A stretch of 32,000 bases of DNA from Candidatus Kuenenia stuttgartensis. Lineage in GTDB: Bacteria > Planctomycetota > Brocadiia > Brocadiales > Brocadiaceae. The position numbers were made by a program, and so were the translations under genes. The notes under the pieces were generated by a model that saw nothing but the letters and a program-made list of their open reading frames with translations, ran no database searches and was not told the origin of the DNA. Positions 24,166 through 32,000 of the stretch are shown here, one piece after another (within the stretch, counting starts at the first letter, position 1; the number at the start of each line of letters is the position of its first letter). Location of the stretch: contig NZ_LT934425.1 in assembly GCF_900232105.1 (NCBI RefSeq), forward strand, positions 750,001 to 782,000, read 5' to 3'.

Positions 24166-25239
24166 ATGAAGTCTAAAGTATATTTTATAAAAACTGAAAA
24201 TGGAGAAAAGGTCCCTTCCCTCGCTGAAAAAGCGGGAAAATTGTTTGATTATGCCAATTTTAAGGACGCCATTAAGAAAAATGACATGGTGGCGGTAAAA
24301 ACAAGTTTCGGCGAAAAAGGGAATATCGGATACCTCAAACCACCAATTATTAAATCAATTGTCAACAAGGTAAAAGAGCATGACGGGAAACCTTTTTTAA
24401 TTGAAACAAACACGTTGTACCTGGGGAGAAGGACAAATGCCGTTGATCATATCGCACATGCGCACGAACATGGTTTCAGTTATGAAAGTGTTGGCGCTCC
24501 GATCATCATCGGAGACGGCCTTTTCGGAGAACATGATGTGCAGGTAGAGATCAACCAGAAAATGTGCAAATATGCCCATGTTGCGGGAGTGGCAAGGGCG
24601 TCCAATGCAATCGTCTCTATTTCCCATGTAACAGGACACCTCGCAACCGGCATGGGGGCAACGTTGAAAAACATCGGGATGGGACTCTCTTCACGCGGTG
24701 GAAAATTATCACAACATTCTGGAGTCATACCGCAGATTCTTAAGAAAAAATGCACCACCTGCGGGGTATGCGGAAAGTGGTGTCCGGTTGGAGCGATTAA
24801 AATTGGGGAAGAATATGCAATCATTGACCCGCAAATATGCATCGGCTGCGGAGAATGCCTGGCAGTATGCCAGTTTCAGGCGGTAAAGATTGCATGGGAC
24901 GAAAATGCCGTAAATCTCCAGAAAAAGGTGGCGGAACACTGTCTTGCTCTTTTAAAGGGAAAAGAAGGGAAGGCGGTTTTCTTTAACTTCCTCACGCACA
25001 TTACCCATCATTGCGATTGTATGGACAAACCCTTTGAGCCTGATATTGCAGACATCGGCATCATCGCCTCATGGGACCCCGTTGCAATTGAAAAAGCGAC
25101 CACCGATCTAATCAGGGAACACATCGGCAAGGACTTTTTTAAGGAATCCTGGCCAAAAATAGATTACACCGTTCAGATGAATTACGCCCAGGAAATAGGT
25201 TTGGGGAGTATGGCGTATGAACTGGTGAGTTGTGGATAA
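24166..25239 (+). CDS. DUF362 domain iron-sulfur protein with 2x[4Fe-4S] ferredoxin insert
   Basis: The N-terminus KVYFIK...MVAVKTSFGEKGNIGYLKPPIIKSIV...PFLIETNTLY is DUF362-like. Two CxxCxxCxxxCP motifs are present (CTTCGVCGKWCP; CIGCGECLAVC). Confidence 0.8.
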   Translation: MKSKVYFIKTENGEKVPSLAEKAGKLFDYANFKDAIKKNDMVAVKTSFGEKGNIGYLKPPIIKSIVNKVKEHDGKPFLIETNTLYLGRRTNAVDHIAHAHEHGFSYESVGAPIIIGDGLFGEHDVQVEINQKMCKYAHVAGVARASNAIVSISHVTGHLATGMGATLKNIGMGLSSRGGKLSQHSGVIPQILKKKCTTCGVCGKWCPVGAIKIGEEYAIIDPQICIGCGECLAVCQFQAVKIAWDENAVNLQKKVAEHCLALLKGKEGKAVFFNFLTHITHHCDCMDKPFEPDIADIGIIASWDPVAIEKATTDLIREHIGKDFFKESWPKIDYTVQMNYAQEIGLGSMAYELVSCG

Positions 25240-25275
25240 AAAAATTTGCAACACTTTAATCTTTGAAAAAGTAGA

Positions 25276-25338
25276 GGCGAAGCATTTGCTGTAAATTGTA
25301 ATAAATGTATCCATACCCAAAATGGCAAATGCTTCGCC
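25276..25338. terminator. inverted repeat GGCGAAGCATTTGC / GCAAATGCTTCGCC between convergent genes (repeat family; possible bidirectional terminator)
   Basis: 14-bp perfect arms (25276-25289 and 25325-25338) with a 35-nt loop, between the DUF362 stop and the phoU stop. A half-copy GGGCATATGCTTCGCCCC lies at 15999-16016. The large loop and absent U-tract weaken the terminator call. Confidence 0.4.
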
Positions 25339-25384
25339 CCCTGCTTTTTCAAAAAACCAAATTGTTATATTTCAACGACTTTCA

Positions 25385-26050
25385 CTAATATTTCGACACA
25401 TTTAATTCTTCCATTTCACCCGTAACCATATATACCGTCCTTTCCGCTATATTTGTCACCCTGTCCGCAATACGTTCCAGATTGTGAGAAACCCATGTAA
25501 GGTAGGTTGCCAGATTGATTATCTTTGGATTACCCATCATCAGCAGCAAAAGTTCGTGGTAAATCTGGTCGTGGAGCGCATCCACTTTATCATCTTCATC
25601 ACATACACTCCTTGCCGCTTCCACATCTCTTTCCATAAAGGCCTTGAGAGATTTTTCCAGCATGGCAATGCCTATCTCCCCCATTCGTGGAATATCAACC
25701 AATGGTTTTATCAAAGGTTCCTCGCCAATCATAATATTTATCTTGGCATTGCCCTCCGCATGATCACCCATCCGTTCAAGGTCGGTTATTATGCTCAGAA
25801 TAGCGGTCAACGTCCTTAAATCCACCGCCAGAGGCTGTTGTGTCGCAATGAGTACAATACATTTCTCCTCAATGTCAAACCGCTTTTTGTTAATCTCCAG
25901 GTCTTTTTTTATAATTTCCTTCGATGCCTCTATGTCTCTGGTTTGCAATGCCTGTATGGAATCCTGTATCGCCTGCGAAACCATTTTCCCCATATCAAGC
26001 ACTTCGTCCTGCAGCGCTTTTAAAGCCTTGTGATATACTTCACGTACCAT
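25385..26050 (-). CDS. phoU: phosphate transport system regulator PhoU
   Basis: Two PhoU repeats with E..D motifs (DLERMGDHAEG; NLERIADRVTNIAE). I chose the ATG at 26050 because GGAGG lies about 9 nt upstream and the resulting ~221 aa is typical. The ORF extension to 26161 is probably not translated. Confidence 0.88.
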   Translation of the reverse strand: MVREVYHKALKALQDEVLDMGKMVSQAIQDSIQALQTRDIEASKEIIKKDLEINKKRFDIEEKCIVLIATQQPLAVDLRTLTAILSIITDLERMGDHAEGNAKINIMIGEEPLIKPLVDIPRMGEIGIAMLEKSLKAFMERDVEAARSVCDEDDKVDALHDQIYHELLLLMMGNPKIINLATYLTWVSHNLERIADRVTNIAERTVYMVTGEMEELNVSKY

Positions 26051-26181
26051 AACGTCCCCGCCTCCCCTCTCTTTTAAACCGGCAAAACCCGTCCTTTCCC
26101 AGCACCATAACATGGCGTAATTGTTCCAGGATACCCTGCGAAATAACCGCTGTTTTTGCAATGAAAATTGTTTTCACGTTT

Positions 26182-26949
26182 CTACCCGAACCTGCCCGTT
26201 ATATAATCCTCTGTCCTTTGTTTTTTCGGTTTCGTAAATAATTCAGTCGTATCATCATACTCTACAAGTTCCCCCATCATAAAGAACCCGGTATAATCGG
26301 AAACCCTTGCCGCCTGCTGCATATTGTGGGTTACGATAACCACCGTGTAGTCCTTTTTCAGTTCGACAAGCATGTCCTCTATCTTTGCCGTGGCAATCGG
26401 GTCTAACGCGGAACAAGGTTCGTCGAGAAGTACAATTTCCGGTTCCATGGCGATTGCCCTTGCGATACACACCCTCTGTTGCTGTCCTCCTGACAGTTCA
26501 AGGGCGCTGAGATGGAGGCGGTCCTTTACCTCGTTCCATAGCGCCGCCTTTATAAGCGTCTTTTCGCAGATATCATCCAGTGTATTTTTTTTCTTTATTC
26601 CCAATACACGCGGACCGTACACCACATTCTCATAAATTGTTTTCGGGAACGGGTTTGGTTTCTGGAATACCATGCCAACCCGCTTCCTGAGTTCAGTGAC
26701 ATTGACAGAGGGGTCGTAAATGTCTTTTCCGGCAATCTTAATGGAACCCTCAATCCGCACCCCTTCTATAAGATCATTCATGCGGTTTAAACACCGGATT
26801 AACGTTGACTTTCCGCATCCGGAAGGCCCGATAAACGCTGTGATCATTTTTTCTGAAATATCCAGGTTTATGCCATTCAGGGCTAAATTGTCGCCGTAAT
26901 ACAATTTCAGGTCTGTAATATTAACTACCGGATTAGGTTTTTTTTTCAT
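26182..26949 (-). CDS. pstB: phosphate ABC transporter ATP-binding protein PstB
   Basis: Walker [10 protein letters not shown], signature LSGGQQQR, Walker [13 protein letters not shown], and the PstB-typical N-terminus and tail ([10 protein letters not shown]). Confidence 0.93.
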   Translation of the reverse strand: MKKKPNPVVNITDLKLYYGDNLALNGINLDISEKMITAFIGPSGCGKSTLIRCLNRMNDLIEGVRIEGSIKIAGKDIYDPSVNVTELRKRVGMVFQKPNPFPKTIYENVVYGPRVLGIKKKNTLDDICEKTLIKAALWNEVKDRLHLSALELSGGQQQRVCIARAIAMEPEIVLLDEPCSALDPIATAKIEDMLVELKKDYTVVIVTHNMQQAARVSDYTGFFMMGELVEYDDTTELFTKPKKQRTEDYITGRFG

Positions 26950-27013
26950 TTTACCGGGAGAAATGGTACACCTCTCTTGTTTTCAAAATTACTTCTTTAG
27001 AAACATACATCTC

Positions 27014-28615
27014 TTATACAGATGACATCCTGTATTTTTTTCTCAACTTGTTACGCACTATTATTGCCGTAATATTTAATACCAGCACGCTAAATAGTAA
27101 TGCAAGGGTTGTGGTATATACCATGGGAATTGCAGCCTCGACATTTGGCGACTGAAACCCTACATCGTAAATGTGGAAACCCAGATGCATAAATTTTCTT
27201 TCTAAATGAAGAAAAGGAAAATGATGGTCTATGGGGAGAGAAGGTGCAAGTTTCACAACACCCGTAATCATAAGCGGTGCAACCTCTCCCGCTGCCCTAG
27301 CCATTGCCAGAATAGTACCGGTAAGTATGCCCGGGGCGGCCTGGGGAAGCACAACCCGCCATAACGTTTCAAATTTTGTTGCGCCAAGGGCGTAAGAACC
27401 TTCCCTTATCGATCCGGGCACGGAAGACAGCCCCTCTTCCGTAGAAACGACCACTACCGGCACCGTTAATAATGCCAACGTAAGCGCTGCCCACAAAATA
27501 CCGCCCGTTCCAAACGTAGGGGACGGCAATGCAGATTTAAAAAACACATTGTCAATAGTACCCCCTATTAAATAGATAAAAAAGCCAAGCCCGAATACCC
27601 CGAAAACAATTGAGGGAACACCTGCCAGATTGTTGACCGAGATGCGTACTATCCGTGAAATAAAATTATCACCGGCATATTCTTTCAGATAGACTGCCGT
27701 CAATACTCCAAGGGGAACGACGGCAATACTCATGATAAATACCATCATGACCGTACCAAATATTGCAGGGAATATCCCCCCTTCCGTATTGGCCTCCCTT
27801 GGTTCATCGGCAATAAACTCCCACAATTTTGTCAGATAAAAACCTGTTTTTGCGAATACATGCATCGAATTGGGTGTGTACATACGTACTACCTGAAAAA
27901 CAGGAAGTATTTTTTCTTCTCCACCGGCAAGACGTATGATGAATTCTTTCTCTCTTGCCTTTTGGTAAAGGTTTGAAAGCAAGGCCTCCTTTTCGCGATA
28001 TATTTTCTCAAGGGCGTCAATTTTTATTTTGACGCCATCCATTTTTTTTTGAACTATATCAGACGGCGGCAGCGACTGTAATTGTTTTACGATAATTCGT
28101 TTTTTTTCCATCTGATAGTTAATGTCGCCAATTTCCTTTTTTTCGAGCCGCCTTATTTTTTTGAAAAGTTTTTTATTTTCGTTTATAAACCCCATTGCCC
28201 CTTCCGGTTGTATTGCTTCAATCCCGCCGTTCTTTCCTATAATGCCCTGCAAAAACCCATACATATTTCCCCACTCGCGCCTCTCGATGGCAACAGCATC
28301 GGCGGGATATTCCAGTAAAACTATTTTGTCATCATCAATCCATCTGAAATCAAGTCCGTAAATATCACGGTTGCCTATTTTGATCTTTGTCCGGTAACCA
28401 TCTTTTTCGTAGGGAATAGGCTCTTTTTTTGCCACCTCCCCTAAAACCGTTGTCCCGTCTTTGAGATGAAAATGAACAATGGTATGCGGCCAAAATATAC
28501 CAAGCCCTTTTATCATAATAAGCGTAATCAGCCCGCAAACCATCAAAAGGCATATGGTCAGAGAGCTTGCGGTTAACCACACATATGGATCACCTGACTT
28601 TAAAAACTTTTTCAT
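27014..28615 (-). CDS. pstA: phosphate ABC transporter permease PstA, long form with ~220-aa insert after TM1
   Basis: C-terminal core with the EAA-type loop (REGSYALGATKFETLWRVVLPQAAPGILTG). Residues ~40-262 (nt 27830-28498) form an extra soluble, coiled-coil-rich domain. ATGA overlap with pstC. Confidence 0.85.
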   Translation of the reverse strand: MKKFLKSGDPYVWLTASSLTICLLMVCGLITLIMIKGLGIFWPHTIVHFHLKDGTTVLGEVAKKEPIPYEKDGYRTKIKIGNRDIYGLDFRWIDDDKIVLLEYPADAVAIERREWGNMYGFLQGIIGKNGGIEAIQPEGAMGFINENKKLFKKIRRLEKKEIGDINYQMEKKRIIVKQLQSLPPSDIVQKKMDGVKIKIDALEKIYREKEALLSNLYQKAREKEFIIRLAGGEEKILPVFQVVRMYTPNSMHVFAKTGFYLTKLWEFIADEPREANTEGGIFPAIFGTVMMVFIMSIAVVPLGVLTAVYLKEYAGDNFISRIVRISVNNLAGVPSIVFGVFGLGFFIYLIGGTIDNVFFKSALPSPTFGTGGILWAALTLALLTVPVVVVSTEEGLSSVPGSIREGSYALGATKFETLWRVVLPQAAPGILTGTILAMARAAGEVAPLMITGVVKLAPSLPIDHHFPFLHLERKFMHLGFHIYDVGFQSPNVEAAIPMVYTTTLALLFSVLVLNITAIIVRNKLRKKYRMSSV

Positions 28616-30876
28616 AGTTTACTGTATTTTTTCTTCATCTTTTGCCGGACTACTTCGGCAAGGGTGTTAACAATAAATGTTGTCACAAAAAGCAGAAGTG
28701 ATGCAAGAAAAAGCACCCGGTAAAGAGTTCCGCCAAACGGCGCTTCGGGTATTTCCACGGCAATATTTGCAGCCAATGCCCTGAATCCGCTGAAAAGATT
28801 CCAGTCCATCACAGGGGTATTACCCGTTGCCATAAGCACGATCATGGTTTCCCCCACTGCCCTCCCAAAACCGATCATAACTGCAGAAAAAATAGCCGGG
28901 CTTGCGGTGGGGAGCACAATCTTCATCGCGGTTTGCCACGGTGTAGCGCCAAGTGCCAAAGAAGCGAAAATAAGGCTTCCGGGAACATTGCTCATGGCAT
29001 CTTCTGATATGGTAAAAACAAGCGGTATCACCGCAAATCCCATGGCAAACCCTACTACAACTGCATTTCTCTGGTCATAATGCAGCCCTAAAACATGTAA
29101 TAACCACTGCCGGTAATCTCCTCCAAAAGCAAACGATTCAAATACCCCCGAAAGGCAAATAGATCCAAAAATTGCGCTGATGATAAATGGTATCAAAAAT
29201 ACCAATTCCACGCCATGTTTGTATTTACTTTTGCAGAATAGAGGAGTCACCTTCCAGATAATCATCGCGGCAGAAATGGAAAGTACAATGAAAAATGGCA
29301 TAATTACCAAAGCCGGAAAGATTTTTTCAATTAACGGAGCAAGCCATAATCCTGCGAGAAAACCCAGAATCACACTGGGAAGTGCCGCCATTAATTCAAT
29401 AACAGGCTTGATTACCTTTAAAGACCGGTGGAGAAATTGCGAAGTATAGAGCGCCCCGAATATGCCGATTGGCACGGCAATAAGCAGCGCATACACCGTG
29501 CCTTTGATCGTACCGAAGATTAAAGGAATCAGGCTGAACTTTGGCTCAAAATCGTCCGTACCGCCGGTTGATTGCCATATGTATTCAGGTTTTTCGTATC
29601 CCTCATACCATACCTTGCCAAACAGTGTCTTTAATGTAGTTTCAGGATGCGGGTTAGAAATGTTCCACAAATATAATGCGCCTGATGCATCGGCTGCCAG
29701 GATGCCGTTTGCCTTTTGAGAGAAGGCAAGTGCGGTTACAGGAGAAGACGTTTTCACATTTAACAATGTTTGTTCTGATGTGGCGTGGCGGAGAAGTACC
29801 AAACCGTTTGAATCGGCAGTAACAAAACCCTTGTCTCTCACAGACCCGGCAATAGCCACTACCGGGGCGTTATGGGATTGAAACGTATGTATTTTTTTCA
29901 GCGACCATCCCGAGAGAGACAATGCATCTCTCACCTTCATCCAGGAGGAAACTTTGCCTTCTGAGTCGCCAATCACCAGTGAAATATCGCCCAACAAAAA
30001 CCTCATTGCGGAGACGACGCTGCCGGAAACCTTTACCCGTTCCAAAACTACGGGTTCCTCTTTCTCCCTTATGTCAATACATATTACCTCCCCTGAATCT
30101 GTGCCGACATAAAGATTATCCATAAAAATGTCAAGGGCAAGGGCAGTTATGGCAATCGTCCCTTCCCGCAGTGGCTGTTCCGTCTGATTATGTATAAAAG
30201 GGGTAATTCTACGTAACGATTTTTTAATGAGGCGGGTAATATCCTGGCATAAATCCCTCTTTTCCCCTTCTCCAAAAAGAGAGGTCTCTATTATTGAAGA
30301 AAGCAGCAACAACCGGCCATCGTCAGTATGTACCGCAGTAACACTTGTTTCTTCATCCTCCCGCGAAACAATGTGTTTCACTGCAAAAGGCAAAGAATCG
30401 CCTTCTTCATTCGTATGAATCGCTTTACGCGAAGAAATTACCGGGGATATTATCCGTTTTCCGTTTTCAAACGATTGGGTAAAACCAATGGAAACCGTTA
30501 AAATTCTCCCGTCATCCATTCCCATAACATGATGGTCTTTATATTTGTCAACCGATGTGATATGCGCGTTACCAATCCCGGGAAGATCGTGTTTCCTGAT
30601 AATACTGCCGTCCCGCAGCGAGACAAATTCTGTTTTGCCATTATTATACACGACATACGCAATCTCCAGATGTTCATCAGCGCCAATACAAACCGCCGCC
30701 TTACGAATGGCAAATGTATTTTCTTTTACAACCTTCGCTCCTTTTAAAAGGGGAAGGACTTCCATGAAGATAAAGACAAAGAGGGCAAGTATTACAAATA
30801 TGGTGGCTACACCGCTGCATGTGATCATCCAGCGGGCAGTTTTGTCGGTAAGTTTTCTGCTTTTCAGGCTTTTCAT
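28612..30876 (-). CDS. pstC: phosphate ABC transporter permease PstC, long form with ~400-aa N-terminal extracytoplasmic domain
   Basis: One N-terminal TM, then residues ~45-445 (nt 29542-30744) rich in beta-strand/propeller-like segments (VTADSNGLVLL; ILAADASGALYLWNIS). The canonical 6-TM PstC core follows (SEDAMSNVPGSLIFASLALGATPWQTAMKIVLP). Confidence 0.85.
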   Translation of the reverse strand: MKSLKSRKLTDKTARWMITCSGVATIFVILALFVFIFMEVLPLLKGAKVVKENTFAIRKAAVCIGADEHLEIAYVVYNNGKTEFVSLRDGSIIRKHDLPGIGNAHITSVDKYKDHHVMGMDDGRILTVSIGFTQSFENGKRIISPVISSRKAIHTNEEGDSLPFAVKHIVSREDEETSVTAVHTDDGRLLLLSSIIETSLFGEGEKRDLCQDITRLIKKSLRRITPFIHNQTEQPLREGTIAITALALDIFMDNLYVGTDSGEVICIDIREKEEPVVLERVKVSGSVVSAMRFLLGDISLVIGDSEGKVSSWMKVRDALSLSGWSLKKIHTFQSHNAPVVAIAGSVRDKGFVTADSNGLVLLRHATSEQTLLNVKTSSPVTALAFSQKANGILAADASGALYLWNISNPHPETTLKTLFGKVWYEGYEKPEYIWQSTGGTDDFEPKFSLIPLIFGTIKGTVYALLIAVPIGIFGALYTSQFLHRSLKVIKPVIELMAALPSVILGFLAGLWLAPLIEKIFPALVIMPFFIVLSISAAMIIWKVTPLFCKSKYKHGVELVFLIPFIISAIFGSICLSGVFESFAFGGDYRQWLLHVLGLHYDQRNAVVVGFAMGFAVIPLVFTISEDAMSNVPGSLIFASLALGATPWQTAMKIVLPTASPAIFSAVMIGFGRAVGETMIVLMATGNTPVMDWNLFSGFRALAANIAVEIPEAPFGGTLYRVLFLASLLLFVTTFIVNTLAEVVRQKMKKKYSKL

Positions 30877-30898
30877 ATGCGAACAAACAGTGCGGTCT

Positions 30899-30954
30899 AA
30901 AAGAAAACCACCCCTCTTCCCTAATTTTCAGTTTCTTAGGAATACAAAGGGGTG
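30899..30954 (-). terminator. putative partial terminator/attenuator between pstS and pstC
   Basis: The minus strand reads CACCCCT-ttgtatt-CCTAA-gaaactgaaaa-TTAGG-gaag-AGGGGTG followed by GTTTTCTTTT. It lies in the 131-nt pstS-pstC spacer. Confidence 0.45.
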
Positions 30955-31007
30955 ATTATTAAAACAATTTGATTGAATGCAGATATTGAGAATCGCAATG
31001 ATGGATG

Positions 31008-31982
31008 CTATTCTATTTTTTTCAGTTCTTTTTCCACAACTGACGACGGCAATGGCATATATCCATCTTTTATCACTATTTGCTGGCCCTCATTGCTCAG
31101 GATAAATCTGACAAATTCTCGAATCAGAGGGTCAAGAGGCTGCCCCGGTTTTTTGTTAATATAGATATAGAGAAATCGTGCAAGGGGATAAGAACCGTTC
31201 AGCACGTTCTCTGATTTTGCCTCTACAAAATGCCTTCCCTCTTTCAACGCAACAGGCACGGTTTTGATACCCGATGTCTGATATCCTATACCGCTATATC
31301 CGATGCTATAACGGTCTTCAGTAATCCCCTGAACCACAGAGGCAGAACCAGGCTGTTCTTTTACCGTATTTTTAAAATCTCCTTTAAAAAGTGCATGTTC
31401 CTTGAAATAACCGTAGGTGCCGGAAGCGGAATTGCGCCCATAAAGACTTATCGGTTTTGACGCCCAATCTGCCGTCAGCCCAAGTTGTCCCCAGGTCTTA
31501 ATATCTTCTTTATATCCGCCTCTTCTGGTACTTGAAAAAATCGCGTCTATCTGCGGCAGGCTCAGGCCTTTTATAGGATTATCCTTGTTTACATATACCG
31601 CCAATGCATCGAGCGCTGTTCTTATTTCTGTTGGTTTGTAACCATACTTTTTTTCAAATGCATCGATTTCCGTTGGTTTCATAGCCCTGCTCATCGGGCC
31701 AATCTGTGCTGTCCCTGAAATCAGCGCAGGAGGCGCTGTTGTAGACCCTTTGCCTTCAATCTGTACCTTCACGTTGGGGTATAACCTATTGAAACCCTCT
31801 GCCCAAAACGTCATGAGGTTATTCATGGTATCAGAACCGATGCTGTTCAGATTTCCCGAGACACCGCCTATCTTTGCATAGGATTTAATCTCCGGTTCAG
31901 CCGTTAATGGTTCTTCGGCATAGGCCGCACCTATTATTCCCCAACTTGCAATAGTTAACAATAACAATAATTTTTTCATCAT
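31008..31982 (-). CDS. pstS: periplasmic phosphate-binding protein PstS
   Basis: Signal peptide [20 protein letters not shown]. PstS blocks GSDTM..L...[24 protein letters not shown] and SASGTYGYF. The ORF opens at 31991, but AAGGAGG ends 2 nt before that ATG, so the ATG at 31982 or 31979 is the likelier start. Confidence 0.9.
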   Translation of the reverse strand: MMKKLLLLLTIASWGIIGAAYAEEPLTAEPEIKSYAKIGGVSGNLNSIGSDTMNNLMTFWAEGFNRLYPNVKVQIEGKGSTTAPPALISGTAQIGPMSRAMKPTEIDAFEKKYGYKPTEIRTALDALAVYVNKDNPIKGLSLPQIDAIFSSTRRGGYKEDIKTWGQLGLTADWASKPISLYGRNSASGTYGYFKEHALFKGDFKNTVKEQPGSASVVQGITEDRYSIGYSGIGYQTSGIKTVPVALKEGRHFVEAKSENVLNGSYPLARFLYIYINKKPGQPLDPLIREFVRFILSNEGQQIVIKDGYMPLPSSVVEKELKKIE

Positions 31983-32000
31983 TATAATCATTCCTCCTTA

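Noticed and set aside
26051-26161. N-terminal 37-aa extension of the phoU ORF
   Set aside because: The extension (MQKQRLFRRVSWNNYAMLWCWERTGFAGLKERGGGDV) has no PhoU similarity. A GGAGG Shine-Dalgarno precedes the internal ATG at 26050, which gives a normal-length PhoU.

Overview
Moderately AT-rich bacterial chromosomal window. Gene content and the style of the intergenic palindromic repeats suggest a planctomycete, possibly of the anammox lineage; this is an unverified inference. In order, the window holds: the 3' part of an SBBP beta-propeller-repeat protein; tRNA-Pro(UGG); a small zinc-ribbon ORF; an orphan rtcA; a monoheme cytochrome c; a MoxR/DUF58/vWA 'Bat' (aerotolerance-type) cluster interrupted by one extra unknown ORF and by repeat-filled gaps; a small accessory islet (a 40-codon hydrophobic ORF, a decayed antitoxin-like gene, an acidic 139-aa protein); a secreted PDZ protein with about 12 copies of a ~26-residue G(N/D)DxY..QGxG repeat; a REC-HD-GYP regulator; a RelE-type toxin-antitoxin pair whose toxin has an in-frame TGA; a 1115-aa hybrid sensor (Rossmann-like, GAF, PAS, HisKA, HATPase, REC, pseudo-REC, degenerate GGDEF); a DUF362 Fe-S protein; and a pstS-pstC-pstA-pstB-phoU operon with long-form permeases. 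I saw no transposase, integrase, reverse transcriptase, CRISPR array, rRNA or recognisable defence enzyme. I did not find one self-evident novel multi-gene system. The best candidates for follow-up are the PDZ/solenoid-repeat exoprotein, the c-di-GMP signalling pair with a receptor-like GGDEF, the modified Bat cluster, and several families of structured intergenic repeats, including a phased 12 x 7-nt dyad array. All family assignments come from motif recognition by eye; no HMM or BLAST was run.
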